A DNA stretch of 62,713 bases, filler included, from Collodictyon triciliatum (Eukaryota): assembly GCA_043381765.1 (NCBI GenBank). It is 33 parts of 33 records of this genome, joined end to end, with 100 filler letters (N's around TTAATTAATTAA, not from the genome) between each part and the next. Parts side by side here need not be neighbours in the genome. Positions count along the whole stretch, not along the records: positions 11,288 to 14,089 come from JBHJMP010010250.1; positions 14,190 to 15,961 come from JBHJMP010010251.1; positions 16,062 to 17,833 come from JBHJMP010010252.1; positions 17,934 to 19,705 come from JBHJMP010010253.1; positions 19,806 to 21,577 come from JBHJMP010010254.1; positions 21,678 to 23,447 come from JBHJMP010010255.1; 27 more parts are not named here. One strand, written 5' to 3'. How positions within the stretch are numbered: position 1 is the first letter of the stretch; each line of letters starts with the position of its first letter. The notes beneath the pieces are model-generated. The model was not told where the DNA came from, did no database searches, and saw only the letters and a list, made by a program, of their open reading frames with translations. Below are positions 11,288-23,547 of this stretch, in pieces. The position numbers and the translations under genes are program-made.

Positions 11288-14089
11288 AGCCGCATGAACT
11301 TTGGATATGCTGTTTCTATTACAGATGACTATGCAATTGTCAGTGCACCTTTCGAAAAAATAGAGGGTTTGGATAAAGCCGGCGCAGTATACCTTTTCAT
11401 TCTATCAAAAGCTGGCATGTGGATTCAGACTCAGCGCATTGAAATGTCGAATCCATATCAGAACGCACAATTTGGTACGGCTGTAGCAGCTATATCCACC
11501 AATGCTGTGATTGGATGTGATAGATGCTCTCTCGATTCCCCCAACAATTATTTTGGCGCTATTTTCATCTATAATCGCATAGGCAACCAACTCTTTTTGC
11601 AGACAAGAATAAATGGAGGTGGATCGAATCAGTTATTCGGCAAGGCAGTTTATTTTGACACTGGCAAGGTAAAGGTCCTGTCAGGGGTAGTTCAAAACAA
11701 CACTTTCACGTACTCATGGGATGGCGTACTCTGGAAACAAGAAGCCTCCAGCAGCTCTGAAAAAGCCTCGTTAATGGTGCTAACTTCCTCTTACAAAATT
11801 ACTGGTGACCCAAACAACAATAGGGCAAGCATAGAAGCCAATTTAGACTTCATTTTGCGTAAGACATACTTAAGTGATAGAGGTACTCTTTATTATTCAC
11901 TATATAATAGAATCTACGCACACGTTAATTTATGATTGTAATATAACAGTAACCAAAATAAGTTGAAAGGAAGAATAATAAAAAAAATAACAGTAACCAA
12001 AATCATGAACGCCTGAAAGGTACACCTGAATTACCCAGGACACGTTCTCGTATTCGCAATCACACGAGCCCAAATAATCAAAAAAATTTGTCTTACGGGT
12101 CTAAACGGCTGCATACTTTAACAGAGTGCTCTGAAAACGACCAACCTCACGTTTATGTCGCATGTTCCATAATCGATGTATTGGAACCCCTAATAAAAAC
12201 AAAAAATTACGCGTAAGTTTTTTATACTTGTTTGTTTGTCAATCTAAGCGACTATTTAATTCAGAAATAAAACCAAGCAAATCTATATACTGGTTAAAAG
12301 AAATTGTTTTTTTGGTCACATTATAATTTTTCCTCTATTTCATCTCTTCTTACAACACAAAGGAACGCAACACTGGAAATAATTCATCTCTCCGTGATTC
12401 TCAACGATGAAATCGGAACTACAAATGGTCTTGTCTAACATATTTTCCATGAATACTTAGGAGATGTTTCATTCACTCAGAATCCTGCATGATGATAACT
12501 AGTATTTTTTTTTTTTTTTACTTTTTTATTAATGTAAGAATTTTAGACTCTGCTGGGAGTAAATCGCGCTTGGAATCAAGGATTAAGATGAGTAACCATC
12601 TCAAGGAGTCAGCATTGCACCGATTTGACGTGGAAACATCTCAACAACCGACTTTACTAAACCTGATATTAGCAGGGAAATATTTATACTTCGAGCTTAA
12701 TGGTTTCAATACTACTAGTATTGCTACTGGTTGTGAAAACATACAAATTATGGCTTCTTTTGGTTCAAATGAAGGATTAAATCCTCCAGAAGCTGCAGTA
12801 CATATATTTAATTATATGATGATGATGATGATGATGTTATTTTACTAGCACAAAAACATTTCCGTTGAAGCCTAACTAAAAATAATAGGAAAATCTAATG
12901 GTGACCTCGTCGAACATAACATCATACGCGCTAAAAATCAATGGATATTGCGACCTTAAAGGTATCAACAATTTGATATCTCAAGGTCTTCTGAAATCCT
13001 CCGAAGGAGCCCCGACCCTCGCTGTAACTAGCACGGGTGGCATCTACATCGAAAAGAGTAAGAATTCTGTGGAGATTAGTGCCCTTCTATGTACATCAAG
13101 TCTCATTTGCTGAATCTTGCGAAATATTAATGTGTATAATAGCAGGAGGTTGATATGAGTTTAGTCACCTTTGGTACCTACTTATTCGCCTAAATCATCT
13201 CCAGCAAATATGAGCAATGTGAGCAAGATGATTCATTTCGGAGAAAACATAATGGTAGAAATTGAAAACATCGACACTTTTTCTCCAAATGCAAGCGCCA
13301 TTATTTTGCAAGTTATAGTTTCCTATGTGAACTCAAACATAATGAATGGAACAAGTAGCTTTGATAGGTTAGTGAAGTTCATGAAAGAAAAAAATTCCTC
13401 CGAAAATACCTAATTTCAAGAACTTCTTGCCTTAATATCTGTGTAACTGCTGAATAGTTCCGTTATATCGCCGATTGTTACAGTTGAGATATCTGGAGAT
13501 GATCGCCAATCCATCAAATTTCCCTCATCTAAGCTAATAGTTACGATTACGTTCACGGGGAAAGATTCATATGTCCCCCATGACTGTATTTTTATTTCAT
13601 AATACAACTCGAAATATTTACTATAGGAGAGCCAAATTTATGCATGAAGTCTTATATTTTAACCCAAAAACTTAGTAAATCAATTTTATTTTTATTTTTG
13701 TATGATTACTTACAGCGATTCGTAAACCTGGAAGCACGTTCATGTGCGAAGGTAATTTCCAACCTGTCGTTTGCATACATTCCATTCCAACTTGCAAATC
13801 ATGGAATGCAAGCTCCAAATGGTGGGAGGACGGTGGAATCAGTTACCATAGTACAAAAAACGTGGAGAAGGGATATTATCAGGCCAAATGTAGTAGCGTG
13901 CAATTGGTATGAAATATGATTTGTGGACAATTTTTTATATTATCATCATTTTGGATGTGCTATAGTCAATAATCTTTACATCGACACCATATAATATATT
14001 TTGTATACTGGAGTCAATTAAGGAATTACATGTTACAGTCGGATTTTTCCATATACCTCGAGGCAACTGAACCATCTCCTGAATGTACC
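11288..14089 (+). CDS. FG-GAP repeat (integrin-alpha-like propeller) large protein, partial, multi-exon
   Basis: NFGYAVSI..AIVSAPFE..AGAVYLF, QFGTAVA..GAIFIY and LFGKAV repeats at 11294-11860; downstream exons to ~13900 unassigned. Confidence 0.7.
11943..12003 (+). mobile_element. Ultra-short retroposed insert (LINE tail family B) with 17-bp TSD
   Basis: ATAACAGTAACCAAAAT (11943-11959) + AAGTTGAAAGGAAGAATAATAAAAAAA + ATAACAGTAACCAAAAT (11987-12003). Confidence 0.8.
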
Positions 14090-14189
14090 NNNNNNNNNNN
14101 NNNNNNNNNNNNNNNNNNNNNNNNNNNNNNNNNTTAATTAATTAANNNNNNNNNNNNNNNNNNNNNNNNNNNNNNNNNNNNNNNNNNNN

Positions 14190-14598
14190 CAGTGACGCGA
14201 GGCCATTTGCTATGGACTTGTGGATAGCGCGCATATACTAACGCAAAGTAAGACTCAACAACCAGCCACCCATTCCTGATAACAGGCTTAATGACATCAT
14301 ACAAATCTCTTTCCTCAATAGCTTTCTTCGCCACCTGCACGTTCTCTACTACTCCGACCCCGTGAGAAGAGACATGTGGAAAGAAGCTGAGAAGGACATT
14401 AAACCTCGCCTTGTATCACTCATGCAAGCACAAGACCCGGGCTACAGGCCAAAGCGCAGGATGCAATTCCTGATTACCGACTACTTCTCCGCCACCCGGC
14501 CACCAAGTAGCTTCCATGCAAACGATGGCTAGGGAACCAAAATTCAAAAGCTCCCCATCCTGCACAAAATTGAAAGCAATAATAAAATAAAAGAATAA
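14190..14598 (+). mobile_element. 3' end of non-LTR retrotransposon (degenerate ORF2 C-terminus plus A-rich tail), family B
   Basis: Begins RGHLLWTC (zinc-knuckle-like end of ORF2), contains stops/frameshift, ends TGCACAAAATTGAAAGCAATAATAAAATAAAA; close copies at 24130-24297 and 25178-25319. Confidence 0.7.
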
Positions 14599-16061
14599 GG
14601 CCCTGGTGGGTGGAATGTGGGTATAGAAGTAAAGGGAAGGGGGCTTACAATGGGAAGCTTTATCACCACAAACACTCTTCTTTCTGACTACTTGGGGTTA
14701 CCAGAACGAAGATATGAAACAGATATATATATATATCAGTACTACGTTTGTGCTCATTTTCCATCAAGCAATACACCTCTGGTCAGGCTTGGCCTGTTTC
14801 ATGTACCGGCTGCTCCTGTTTGGACTCATATTCGGACAATATTAGTATCCGTCGAGGACATCAGAGCCAGGCAAAATTATTCCCTGCCAACCACGAGCGA
14901 TCAAGCCTTTACGTCAGTGTGACCGATGTTGGGCAAGCTCCCTAATGATTTTTTTCTGACGTGCGTTCTTGAATCCTTCATACTTTGATTACCTCTGTAA
15001 GCCGGACTTTGTGGGCAGGATTCGACTGAAGAAAAAAATTACCCGAATACAGAGAATGTTCCTAAAAGGCTAAATTTTATATATCTTTCATTAGAAATGG
15101 ACATAAAGGAATTTCTCCGCATTATTCCATCATACTGCCCACTTCAAACAAAGGAAGAAAAAAAATAAAATTTAACATTCAAATTGAAAGGTCGTTTGGA
15201 CCTCATTACAAAGACAGAACTGACAGAAGGGATAAGTGGGAAGTGGAAGAAATAGAAACAAAGTTTAAGTCAATGTCAGATGACTGAGAGGTAGCCACGA
15301 TGATAGTCTGTGTGAAAAAGTCGAAGACATTTTCGAATAATTTAAAGTTAACAGTTCATAAATCACAAAAATGCTCGCGATAGCCGGAATGAAACAAAGG
15401 GTTCTAAGTACAAATAGACCATTCTATGGTCCACCCAACCATTAATGAATCAAAAAAATCGTCATCTTGCCTTTTTTTCGTGATGAGTCAAGAGTCGGAT
15501 GATTTATTGTTGTCGCTCCTTTGGAATGGCCATGGCCTTTGACTGGCTTTTATCTCTGTGTTTCATTTCTCCCTCATTTCCTTCCCGCAATATTATGATC
15601 AGAAGCGTCATGAGTGAGCAAGGAGAAAAAGATTGGCTTTGTCCTAATCTCCGCCGTGTGGAATACGCGCCTCCTGTCCACGAGGCGTCCAAGTCAAAAA
15701 AGAAGCATACCGTTCTGTCTTCGAAGCAAGAAAATGTAAGTCTTTCATTTTTTCTATGTCTTAATCTCTTCTGTCTTTTTCTCTTTCCTCTTTTCTTTTT
15801 TGTTCGTATTTGTATCCGTTATATTTTCTCTTTCATTTTTTGTCTTTTGTTTTGTCATTTAGACGATTTTCTTTCCATATCTTTGTTTTTGAACACTAAC
15901 TCCTTATTCTCGTTTCAAGGGAATATATAATTTGTATATATTTTTTTGTTGAGATATAAACNNNNNNNNNNNNNNNNNNNNNNNNNNNNNNNNNNNNNNN
16001 NNNNNTTAATTAATTAANNNNNNNNNNNNNNNNNNNNNNNNNNNNNNNNNNNNNNNNNNNN

Positions 16062-16180
16062 TGTATGTATGTATGTATGTATGTATGTATGTATGTATGT
16101 ATGTATGTATGTATGTATGTATGTATGTATGTATGTATGTATGTATGTATGTATGTATGTATGTATGTATGTATGTATGT
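16062..16180 (+). repeat. (TGTA)n microsatellite
   Basis: Visible tandem 4-mer. Confidence 0.95.
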
Positions 16181-16443
16181 GATGCTAATCATATTAATAA
16201 CGAAAGTGAAATATTTCATAATCTATTTTTATCCATTTAGCGCTTTTACTCTGTTCTGTCGGTTGGGATGAGATTCCTGCTGTATATTTTCTTGGGTCAT
16301 ACGGTTGTCTATTTTAAAAAATGAGCAGGAAAAATTCTGATTATATTTAATTCAAATAATTATCTTAATACATATGTACAAGAAATATGGACGGTTCAAC
16401 TTAAACTGCCTCATAAAAATATACTAAAATATATTTCTGTGCT

Positions 16444-16822
16444 TTATTGGCAGATAAAAATGTACGTGTCTTCTCGGCCTTCATTATGTGTCGCAGTAGA
16501 AGGTAGACTATCTCTCATTTTGGTTGCAGTTGTTGGGTAAGATGCCTCTGAGGAAGTTAATAGGCCCTGACCTCGATTCGAAAACGACCCTGTGGATTTC
16601 TTTAGACCCGGTGACGGGATAAGTGATGGCGAATGGACCGGTGAGTTGACAGAGCTGTAAAAATTTGGTGGTAGAGTCCTCTTATGGACAGGTGTCTCCA
16701 TCGAAGTGCTTTGTGATATACTCTGCTGGTTCGAGAATCCATAACTGGACGGCTCAGGTTGCCCAGTCGTTTTATCTCTGCTAGGTTCATTTGGATGACT
16801 TGGCAATCTCCTCTGGTAGTCC
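16444..16822 (-). CDS. Ser/Pro/Thr-rich exon of a hypothetical protein
   Basis: Higher-GC open frame (~120 aa) within AT-rich DNA; no domain recognised. Confidence 0.4.
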
Positions 16823-17933
16823 TATGGAGTGATGGAATTCAGTGTGCAAATATTTTTATGGCGACCCTAATTTGCATGGAATACAAATAAATAATAGAAT
16901 AAATTAATTTAAAAAACAAATTTAGCTCGTTTCAATGGAAGAGGTGTTATTTAAAAAAAAATAGTAGTTTCAATCGCAGAAGCGATAATAATAACAACAA
17001 TAATAATAATAGTGATAGTAATAGTAATAATGATAATAATAATATATTTTTTTCTCTTATTAGATTCAGAGTGAAAAATCATAATAATATTATGAAAGTT
17101 TTAAATTAAAAGAGTGTTTAAAGTCATGTACTAGTAAATCAAAATAAAGGGTACAGTAGATGAAAGGAGAGGGCTTTTGGGCTTTAGATCTGGTTCTGAT
17201 TGGCCACGGAGATTTCTTTTGAAAAAGTATATTTATATAGTTGTCAGTAAGTTTTTTTTTGTTTTTTTTTTTGTTTTTCATTTTTGTTCCTTTTCTTCTT
17301 TTCTTTTTTCTTTTTTCTTTTTTCTTTTTTCTTTTTTCTTTTTTCTTTTTTCTTTTTTCTTTTTTCTTTTTTCTTTCTTTGGAGGAGGAGTAGGAGGAGT
17401 AATTAACCCAATACAGACGGACGAGAGTCCTCAAGTAAATAATTTTTGAAGTATACTTTTTTATCCTTTATTTGATTCAAAAAAATTGACGTATACTTAA
17501 TGGTTGATAAAAATATGAAAGGATTAGTTCATCATACTTGTGTGGTATATAAGACCTCTTCTCTGCAATCGACGGGGATGTTCCTCGGGAGCTTGGACTA
17601 CGCTAAATATATCATCAGTTTTAAGCAAGTAGTACAGATATATAGAAGAATGATAGGATTGTTGAGGTTAACAAAAAAAAATTTTTTGACACACAAATCA
17701 GTTTAACAGAGCTGATAATTACATCTTTTCCCCTTTATTCGATCCAAAGAACATTTAATTGCATATAAAAGATACAAAAAAAAAAAAAAAAAAAATAATA
17801 ATTCATCCAAACATTTGAATCCACGCCTCCTATNNNNNNNNNNNNNNNNNNNNNNNNNNNNNNNNNNNNNNNNNNNNTTAATTAATTAANNNNNNNNNNN
17901 NNNNNNNNNNNNNNNNNNNNNNNNNNNNNNNNN

Positions 17934-19228
17934 CCCTGACGCCAGGCGAGACTTTACTTGAAACACTTCTCCGCTTGCGAAGGGTCTGTAGTTCGCCCTC
18001 GATTTATCTATAAAATCGGTGTTAGTCCTGAGACCACAATCAATGGGTATCACTTGGAGTCATCAGTCCATGAATTGAGTGAAGGTTGGAGTCATTGTAA
18101 CCTGGGTGGACAGACTTGATCGCTTGGACAAACAATGGCTGATGTTATATATTAATTAGATGGCAATTACACAATCTGATAGTCTCAGTTTCTAGTCGAT
18201 AGGGTATTCCTTGAGGGTTTGAAAAAACCTTAGCATCCTCTTCAGCTCTTCTGGCCTCTTCGACTCTCCTGGCCTCCTCAGCTCTTCTAGCCTCTTCAGT
18301 TCTTCTTGCCTCTTCAGCTCTTCTGGCCTCTTCAGCTCTTCTGGCCTCTTCAGTTCTTCTGGCCTCTTCGGCTCTTCTGGCCTCTTCAGTTCTTCTGGCC
18401 TCTTCAGTTCTTCTGGCCTCTTCAGTTCTTCTGGCCTCTTCAACTCTTCTGGCCTCTTCAGCTCTTCTGGCCTCTTCAGCTCTTCTGGCCTCTTCAGCTC
18501 TTCTGGCCTCTTCGATTTTCTTGGCTTCCTCAATTCTAACGTAGCCTTCTGTTTTCCTAGCCTCCTGGACTGCTTGTGTGGGGTTGACCTGCTGGCACCG
18601 TGTTAGCCTGATAAATGTGTACACTTAAACATTACTTACAGGGTCGTAGAGTTCAAGCTTTTGAAGAGCCTCCGCAAAACTCATCGTCATCCAGTAAAGC
18701 GGTTTGTCTTTGTTATTCCAGCAAGGAAGATTTGTGATTCCACGAGGTGCTCTCCGAACGTTTATCTGTCCTGGAGTCTCGATATAAAGTCTCTTCAGCT
18801 TTTTTAAAGCTGTGATTTCTGGTGGAAGCTCTTCAATCTATGTTTGGCATTATGTTAGACACTTGCGCTACCTTCTAAAAGAATTTACTTACTGGGTTCC
18901 CCTCAACACCGAGACCTTTGAGGCCCGTCAAGCGAGTTATCTCTGTGGGAAGAGAGGAAAGCTGGTTGTAACTTAAGTCAAGCCCAGTGAGGCCTGTTAG
19001 TCGCGAAATATCTGGTGGAAGAAACGATATCTGGTTATTGTACACCCATAACTGCAACAAGCGGGTCAATATGAAAACTGCCGGTGGAAGAGAAGTCAGA
19101 TTCTTTGAGCGGAGGTCCAACGACGTGCGGTTTTTTAAGGTTGCAATATCTGGATCTTCGACTATCTTCCGCAGTTCATCAAGGAGGGGAAGGTTGTCGG
19201 ATGTGTTGGCTCTGAATTGTCGAAACAT
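17934..19228 (-). CDS. Leucine-rich-repeat protein with (EEARRx)n charged helix, short introns, 3'-partial
   Basis: LDLRSKNLTSLPPAVFILTRL / LWVYNNQISFLPPDISRLTGL / LDLSYNQLSSLPTEITRLTGL repeats, then IEELPPEITALKKLKRL, then the EEARRA repeat exon. Confidence 0.85.
18238..18535 (-). repeat. 18-bp coding minisatellite (GAAGAGGCCAGAAGAGCT) encoding EEARR[A/T/V]
   Basis: About 16 tandem units visible. Confidence 0.9.
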
Positions 19229-20119
19229 CTAGGAAAGATCGTGCGGCTCAGCAGGAGGTTAGTAAGTCTGGCGGTCTGGTCGTTTGTTGCTTTGTGTGTC
19301 CTATTGTAACTGATGTTTGTCGTTTTTGAAGGGCCACCAGACCGAGCTCAGAAAGGGTCTGAGATTTGTGATATTTGAAGGAGCGTGTCGGAGGTACATG
19401 CGCGGTTGTGTCGGGCTGAATAATGTCTCGTTTCGGATAAATTAATTGAACTGTTTATTAACAATTCTTAAAAAAAAAGGAAATTGATAGAATTTTATGA
19501 GGAAATGGCAATGATTAAGAGACTTCCACTTATTAAGAAGCGGGCGCTATTGAGTTTGTAGAAAACGCCAATAATCTGTTGTTTTATCTGGGTCTGTTGT
19601 TTTTTAAAGAATGTTACAAGATTTTTCGTGGCCAAGAGGCTTCGAGAAGGTGCTAATATCTTTCAGCGGAGATTTCGGGGGCTTTGGAAGCTTCCACATA
19701 ATATTNNNNNNNNNNNNNNNNNNNNNNNNNNNNNNNNNNNNNNNNNNNNTTAATTAATTAANNNNNNNNNNNNNNNNNNNNNNNNNNNNNNNNNNNNNNN
19801 NNNNNTTTTTATTGTTATTTTTATTGTTATTTTTATTGTTATTTTTATTGTTATTTTTATTGTTATTTTTATTGTTATTTTTATTGTTATTTTTATTGTT
19901 ATTTGACGCGCATGCGTGACAAAGTGAGTGTTTTTGTGAAAAGAAACCTGCAAATGGTCCGGAATTAGTCTTTTTTCTATGATTTCTTTTTTTACATCTT
20001 GAAATGTGGGACTGCGATATCCTTGGATCGTTTCTTCGATTTTAGCTAAGGTATTAATTTTTTTATATTGAATTCAGAAAGATGATGTATAAATCACATG
20101 TGTTTTAGATATATGCGTT

Positions 20120-21316
20120 ACCTCTTAGCTCTGTTTTTCCTCTTTGAAGAATTGCATCGATCAACTATCACCAGGAATGAACAGAAATGTCAACACGGCT
20201 GCTTGTATGTAATATGAAAATAAATAAAAGTTACCTGTGATTCGCTCATCTTATTCTTAATCGATATAAACTCCAATATTTTCTTTAATGCCTTTCGTCT
20301 TGACATCTGGTCTAAATGAGGACTAGTTTTTTTTTTTTTTCAGAAAAAGAATATCGACATCGTGGTGACTAGAACGAGAAAGGTTCACAAATCCCTTACA
20401 TTGGCCACTTGAATAACGTATAAAGTATATATTAAATATAGGTTACATAGATTTTATGTTGGGGTAAAGCTCAGTCTCGGCATCGAAGTAATCATTCCCA
20501 GCCATAGCAGCAAAAACTAAGATATGCTTTGGACACAACATGATACAATCAATATGGAAATAGTCGTAATAAGTACAAATTGAATCAAAATAAATTGCGA
20601 TGAGATTTATTCATGATTACCTTCGGATCGATGCCAAATTGCTTGGCAAATTTTTCTTGGGTGAAATGCTTGAATGGAATATTTTTTAGGTCACTCATTT
20701 TGCCACCGACTAATCCACTTGGGTGAATAATACCTTATTTTCGAATCATAAATGTATAGTATTACTGTGGTGATTCTTTCTTCCATGGCTTCGTGAAACT
20801 CTAATGGGTAATTTTATGTATTATTAATTGTTCATCAAATACATTTTCTCTCACCTTTTTCATAACCCATGACGAAATCAGAATCTCCGCTCAATATTCC
20901 GATACATTCTATTGATAGGAATAACGGGTTTGATGTTTTATATGGTCAACATAATCATTTATTTTTTACTGTGCACTTGAAACCTTGCTTATTGATGCAT
21001 AAGCTATTATTTCTCACCCTTAATCGATCGGACATGAACTGACAAAGCATCGTCGCATTCTCCGTAAGGGCAAAAGATTTTATGAACAACGCCGCCCCTA
21101 TCAGCAAATGTAACAAAAGGAAAGAACAGTGGGTTACTCAAATGTAATTTACAAGAAATTCAATATGTAAATCCATGAAATAATGGTAACTAGTTGATGT
21201 GTCTAACAATTTCTAGTTATACGTTTTTTGATGTACAGGGAATTTTAGCTGTCCATTCACAACTTCAGCGCTTGCACCGATAAACTCTATCGGGTATGTA
21301 GAGCCATATTCTGCAA
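20120..21316 (-). CDS. FEN1/XPG-like PIN-domain protein (Asteroid/FAM120-like), partial, multi-exon
   Basis: Spliced exons give IFCPYGECDDALS, CIGILSGDSDFVMG and FAAMAGNDYF, matching the GEAD / S.DSDF / GNDY motifs. Confidence 0.75.
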
Positions 21317-21455
21317 TTACAGAATACCATGTAGACTATTTTTTTTCATGGATGTTAATCATTCCTTCAAGGTTAATAGATAATCAAGGAGCAATAACGA
21401 TAAAAAAAAAATAACAGGAACACTTAACAGCGCATATCGAATGCTTCTATAGATA

Positions 21456-21577
21456 ATTGTTTGTTTGTTTGTTTGTTTGTTTGTTTGTTTGTTTGTTTGT
21501 TTGTTTGTTTGTTTGTTTGTTTGTTTGTTTGTTTGTTTGTTTGTTTGTTTGTTTGTTTGTTTGTTTGTTTGTTTGTT
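21456..21577 (+). repeat. (GTTT)n microsatellite
   Basis: Visible tandem 4-mer. Confidence 0.95.
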
Positions 21578-21677
21578 NNNNNNNNNNNNNNNNNNNNNNN
21601 NNNNNNNNNNNNNNNNNNNNNTTAATTAATTAANNNNNNNNNNNNNNNNNNNNNNNNNNNNNNNNNNNNNNNNNNNN

Positions 21678-22695
21678 GATTATTATATTGAGATTTTGAA
21701 TTTGAAATACCTTTCTTTTCAAACAATAATGTCACTGCCAACTCGTCTGTTTGTATCATGTATTTAAAATTCTAATATCTTTGATTAAAGAACCTCTTCT
21801 TAATTTCAAAATAATCATTCAATAGTGTTTCTTTGCATCCTGATATATTCTTCAGTAATGATGTTTTTCCAGATAATACTAATAGATATATCAAACATGT
21901 GGTATCTAGAGTAACATGACACGGTATATTGTTAGTTCTTATAGAGATTGGTCGAAACATTTTGGTTCCAATGTCCCCCAAAATGCGATTCATGTAAGTC
22001 AGACACTGAATGTACTTATTTGGATTGACTTTGACATCACATTCGATACCGTTTACAATATCTCTGGGAATGATATGATGCAAATGCGTTGTAGCCCATT
22101 CTTTGTATATTTCCGGCATTCCAAGTTTCTTGAAGATGGCTTTTTTTCACTTTCGTAGCTCTGGCTTTTTAATTGCTTCCGTAATATTCTATCTTTAGGT
22201 ACTGTTTGGTTTATAAAGCGCAGTAACCCCTTCACAAAATGCTCCTTAATGTTATTATGATAAGATGTTAACATTTGCTTCGCCAAGTACGGTAATACAT
22301 GAGACAGTCCAACCATCGGAATGTCTTCTCGGGACAAAAGGAATCGAAAATCATTGAGATAAAAAGCCATCATGCCATCTCTCATTTCTGGTAATTTTTT
22401 TTAATCTTGTGGGTCTGTCTTGTGAAACTACTCCGACTGTCTTTAAAGCGTACAGAAAAACCATTTCATCGATTGTTGGGAGCTGTTGTGATTTCAATAT
22501 GTAACATCTTGCAAACAGATAAGTGTCGGTAACCAAATTATGACACAATAAACTCGTATCGTTAATTTTCTCATAGTCATCCGCATTCTTTATAATAGAC
22601 TTTAGAGATGTCTTCACATTTCGATAGTGTAGTTTTGCAGACTTTAGATTCTCAGACTCAAGACGTTTTCTTTTCTTCGTGTGAAAGTCTTTGTT
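21678..22695 (-). pseudogene. Fanzor-like (eukaryotic/giant-virus TnpB homologue) gene, N-terminal half; frameshifted and cut by the contig end before RuvC
   Basis: Three overlapping intronless ORFs join to KKRKR..YRNVKTSLKSII..INDTSLLCHNLVTDTYLFARCYIL..LPTID..FYLNDF..LSHVLPYLAKQMLTSYHNNIKEHF..RFIN..YKEW..IIP..DVKVNPNKY..MFRPISIRTNNIPCHVTLDTTCL..Y*NFKYMIQTDELAVTLLF. This is the block order I recognise from Fanzor1/NCLDV TnpB-like proteins. Confidence 0.8.
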
Positions 22696-23547
22696 TTACT
22701 TTTCTCCTTTAGAAAACTACCGAGTTTTCAATTTTAATAAGACTTTAGTCAATTAGTCAATAAAAAAAAACTGTATAAAATCAATTCATGTATAATTAAG
22801 CATCTACTGGGACTCTCAAAATGTGCGCTTTGTGGCAAACAAACACACAAAGTTTTTTTTGGAAGTGATTTGAGACAAAACGCTGAGAGCTGACTCGGCG
22901 AGTTCGAAAGGACAGCTGTATAGCCATTGCGACTGAAAGTCAACATATCGGCCCCAAACAACATGATTACCGCCGCAAGTGCGGATAGTATGCTTTTTTT
23001 TGAAACGCATGTTTGGTGGCAGGTTTATGGGGTGTGTTCTGTCTGGCCAAGGCAAGGGCTTGTGTGTCATCTTTGAATTTTAGCGATATTCCATAATGAC
23101 GAAGAAGCTATAAATTGACTATAGGAATAGAATGGGATTATCAAGTATTTTTAACACTAATTATATATACATACCATTATATTTTTCAGGTTGTTTCTTG
23201 GATTCATCGAAGCTCCTGCTTTCGTCAATGCAGATTATTCGATGCTTGTCTGTGCAATAAACTGCTACATATGGGTACACTTTCGTTGTATAAAAAGTGT
23301 TGTGCCTTGAAAGGGATAAAACCAAGTTCGTTACAACATTTGTAATAAAGTTTAATCATTTACAGGCCGAATGCGACCGAAGAGAAACAAACAAACAAAC
23401 AAACAAACATGCAAACAAGCAAACAAGCAAACAAGCAAAAAAAAAAANNNNNNNNNNNNNNNNNNNNNNNNNNNNNNNNNNNNNNNNNNNNTTAATTAAT
23501 TAANNNNNNNNNNNNNNNNNNNNNNNNNNNNNNNNNNNNNNNNNNNN

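Noticed and set aside
22749-23070. Small ORFs upstream of the Fanzor as a partner transposase or zinc finger
   Set aside because: No transposase, resolvase or convincing zinc-finger motif in any frame.
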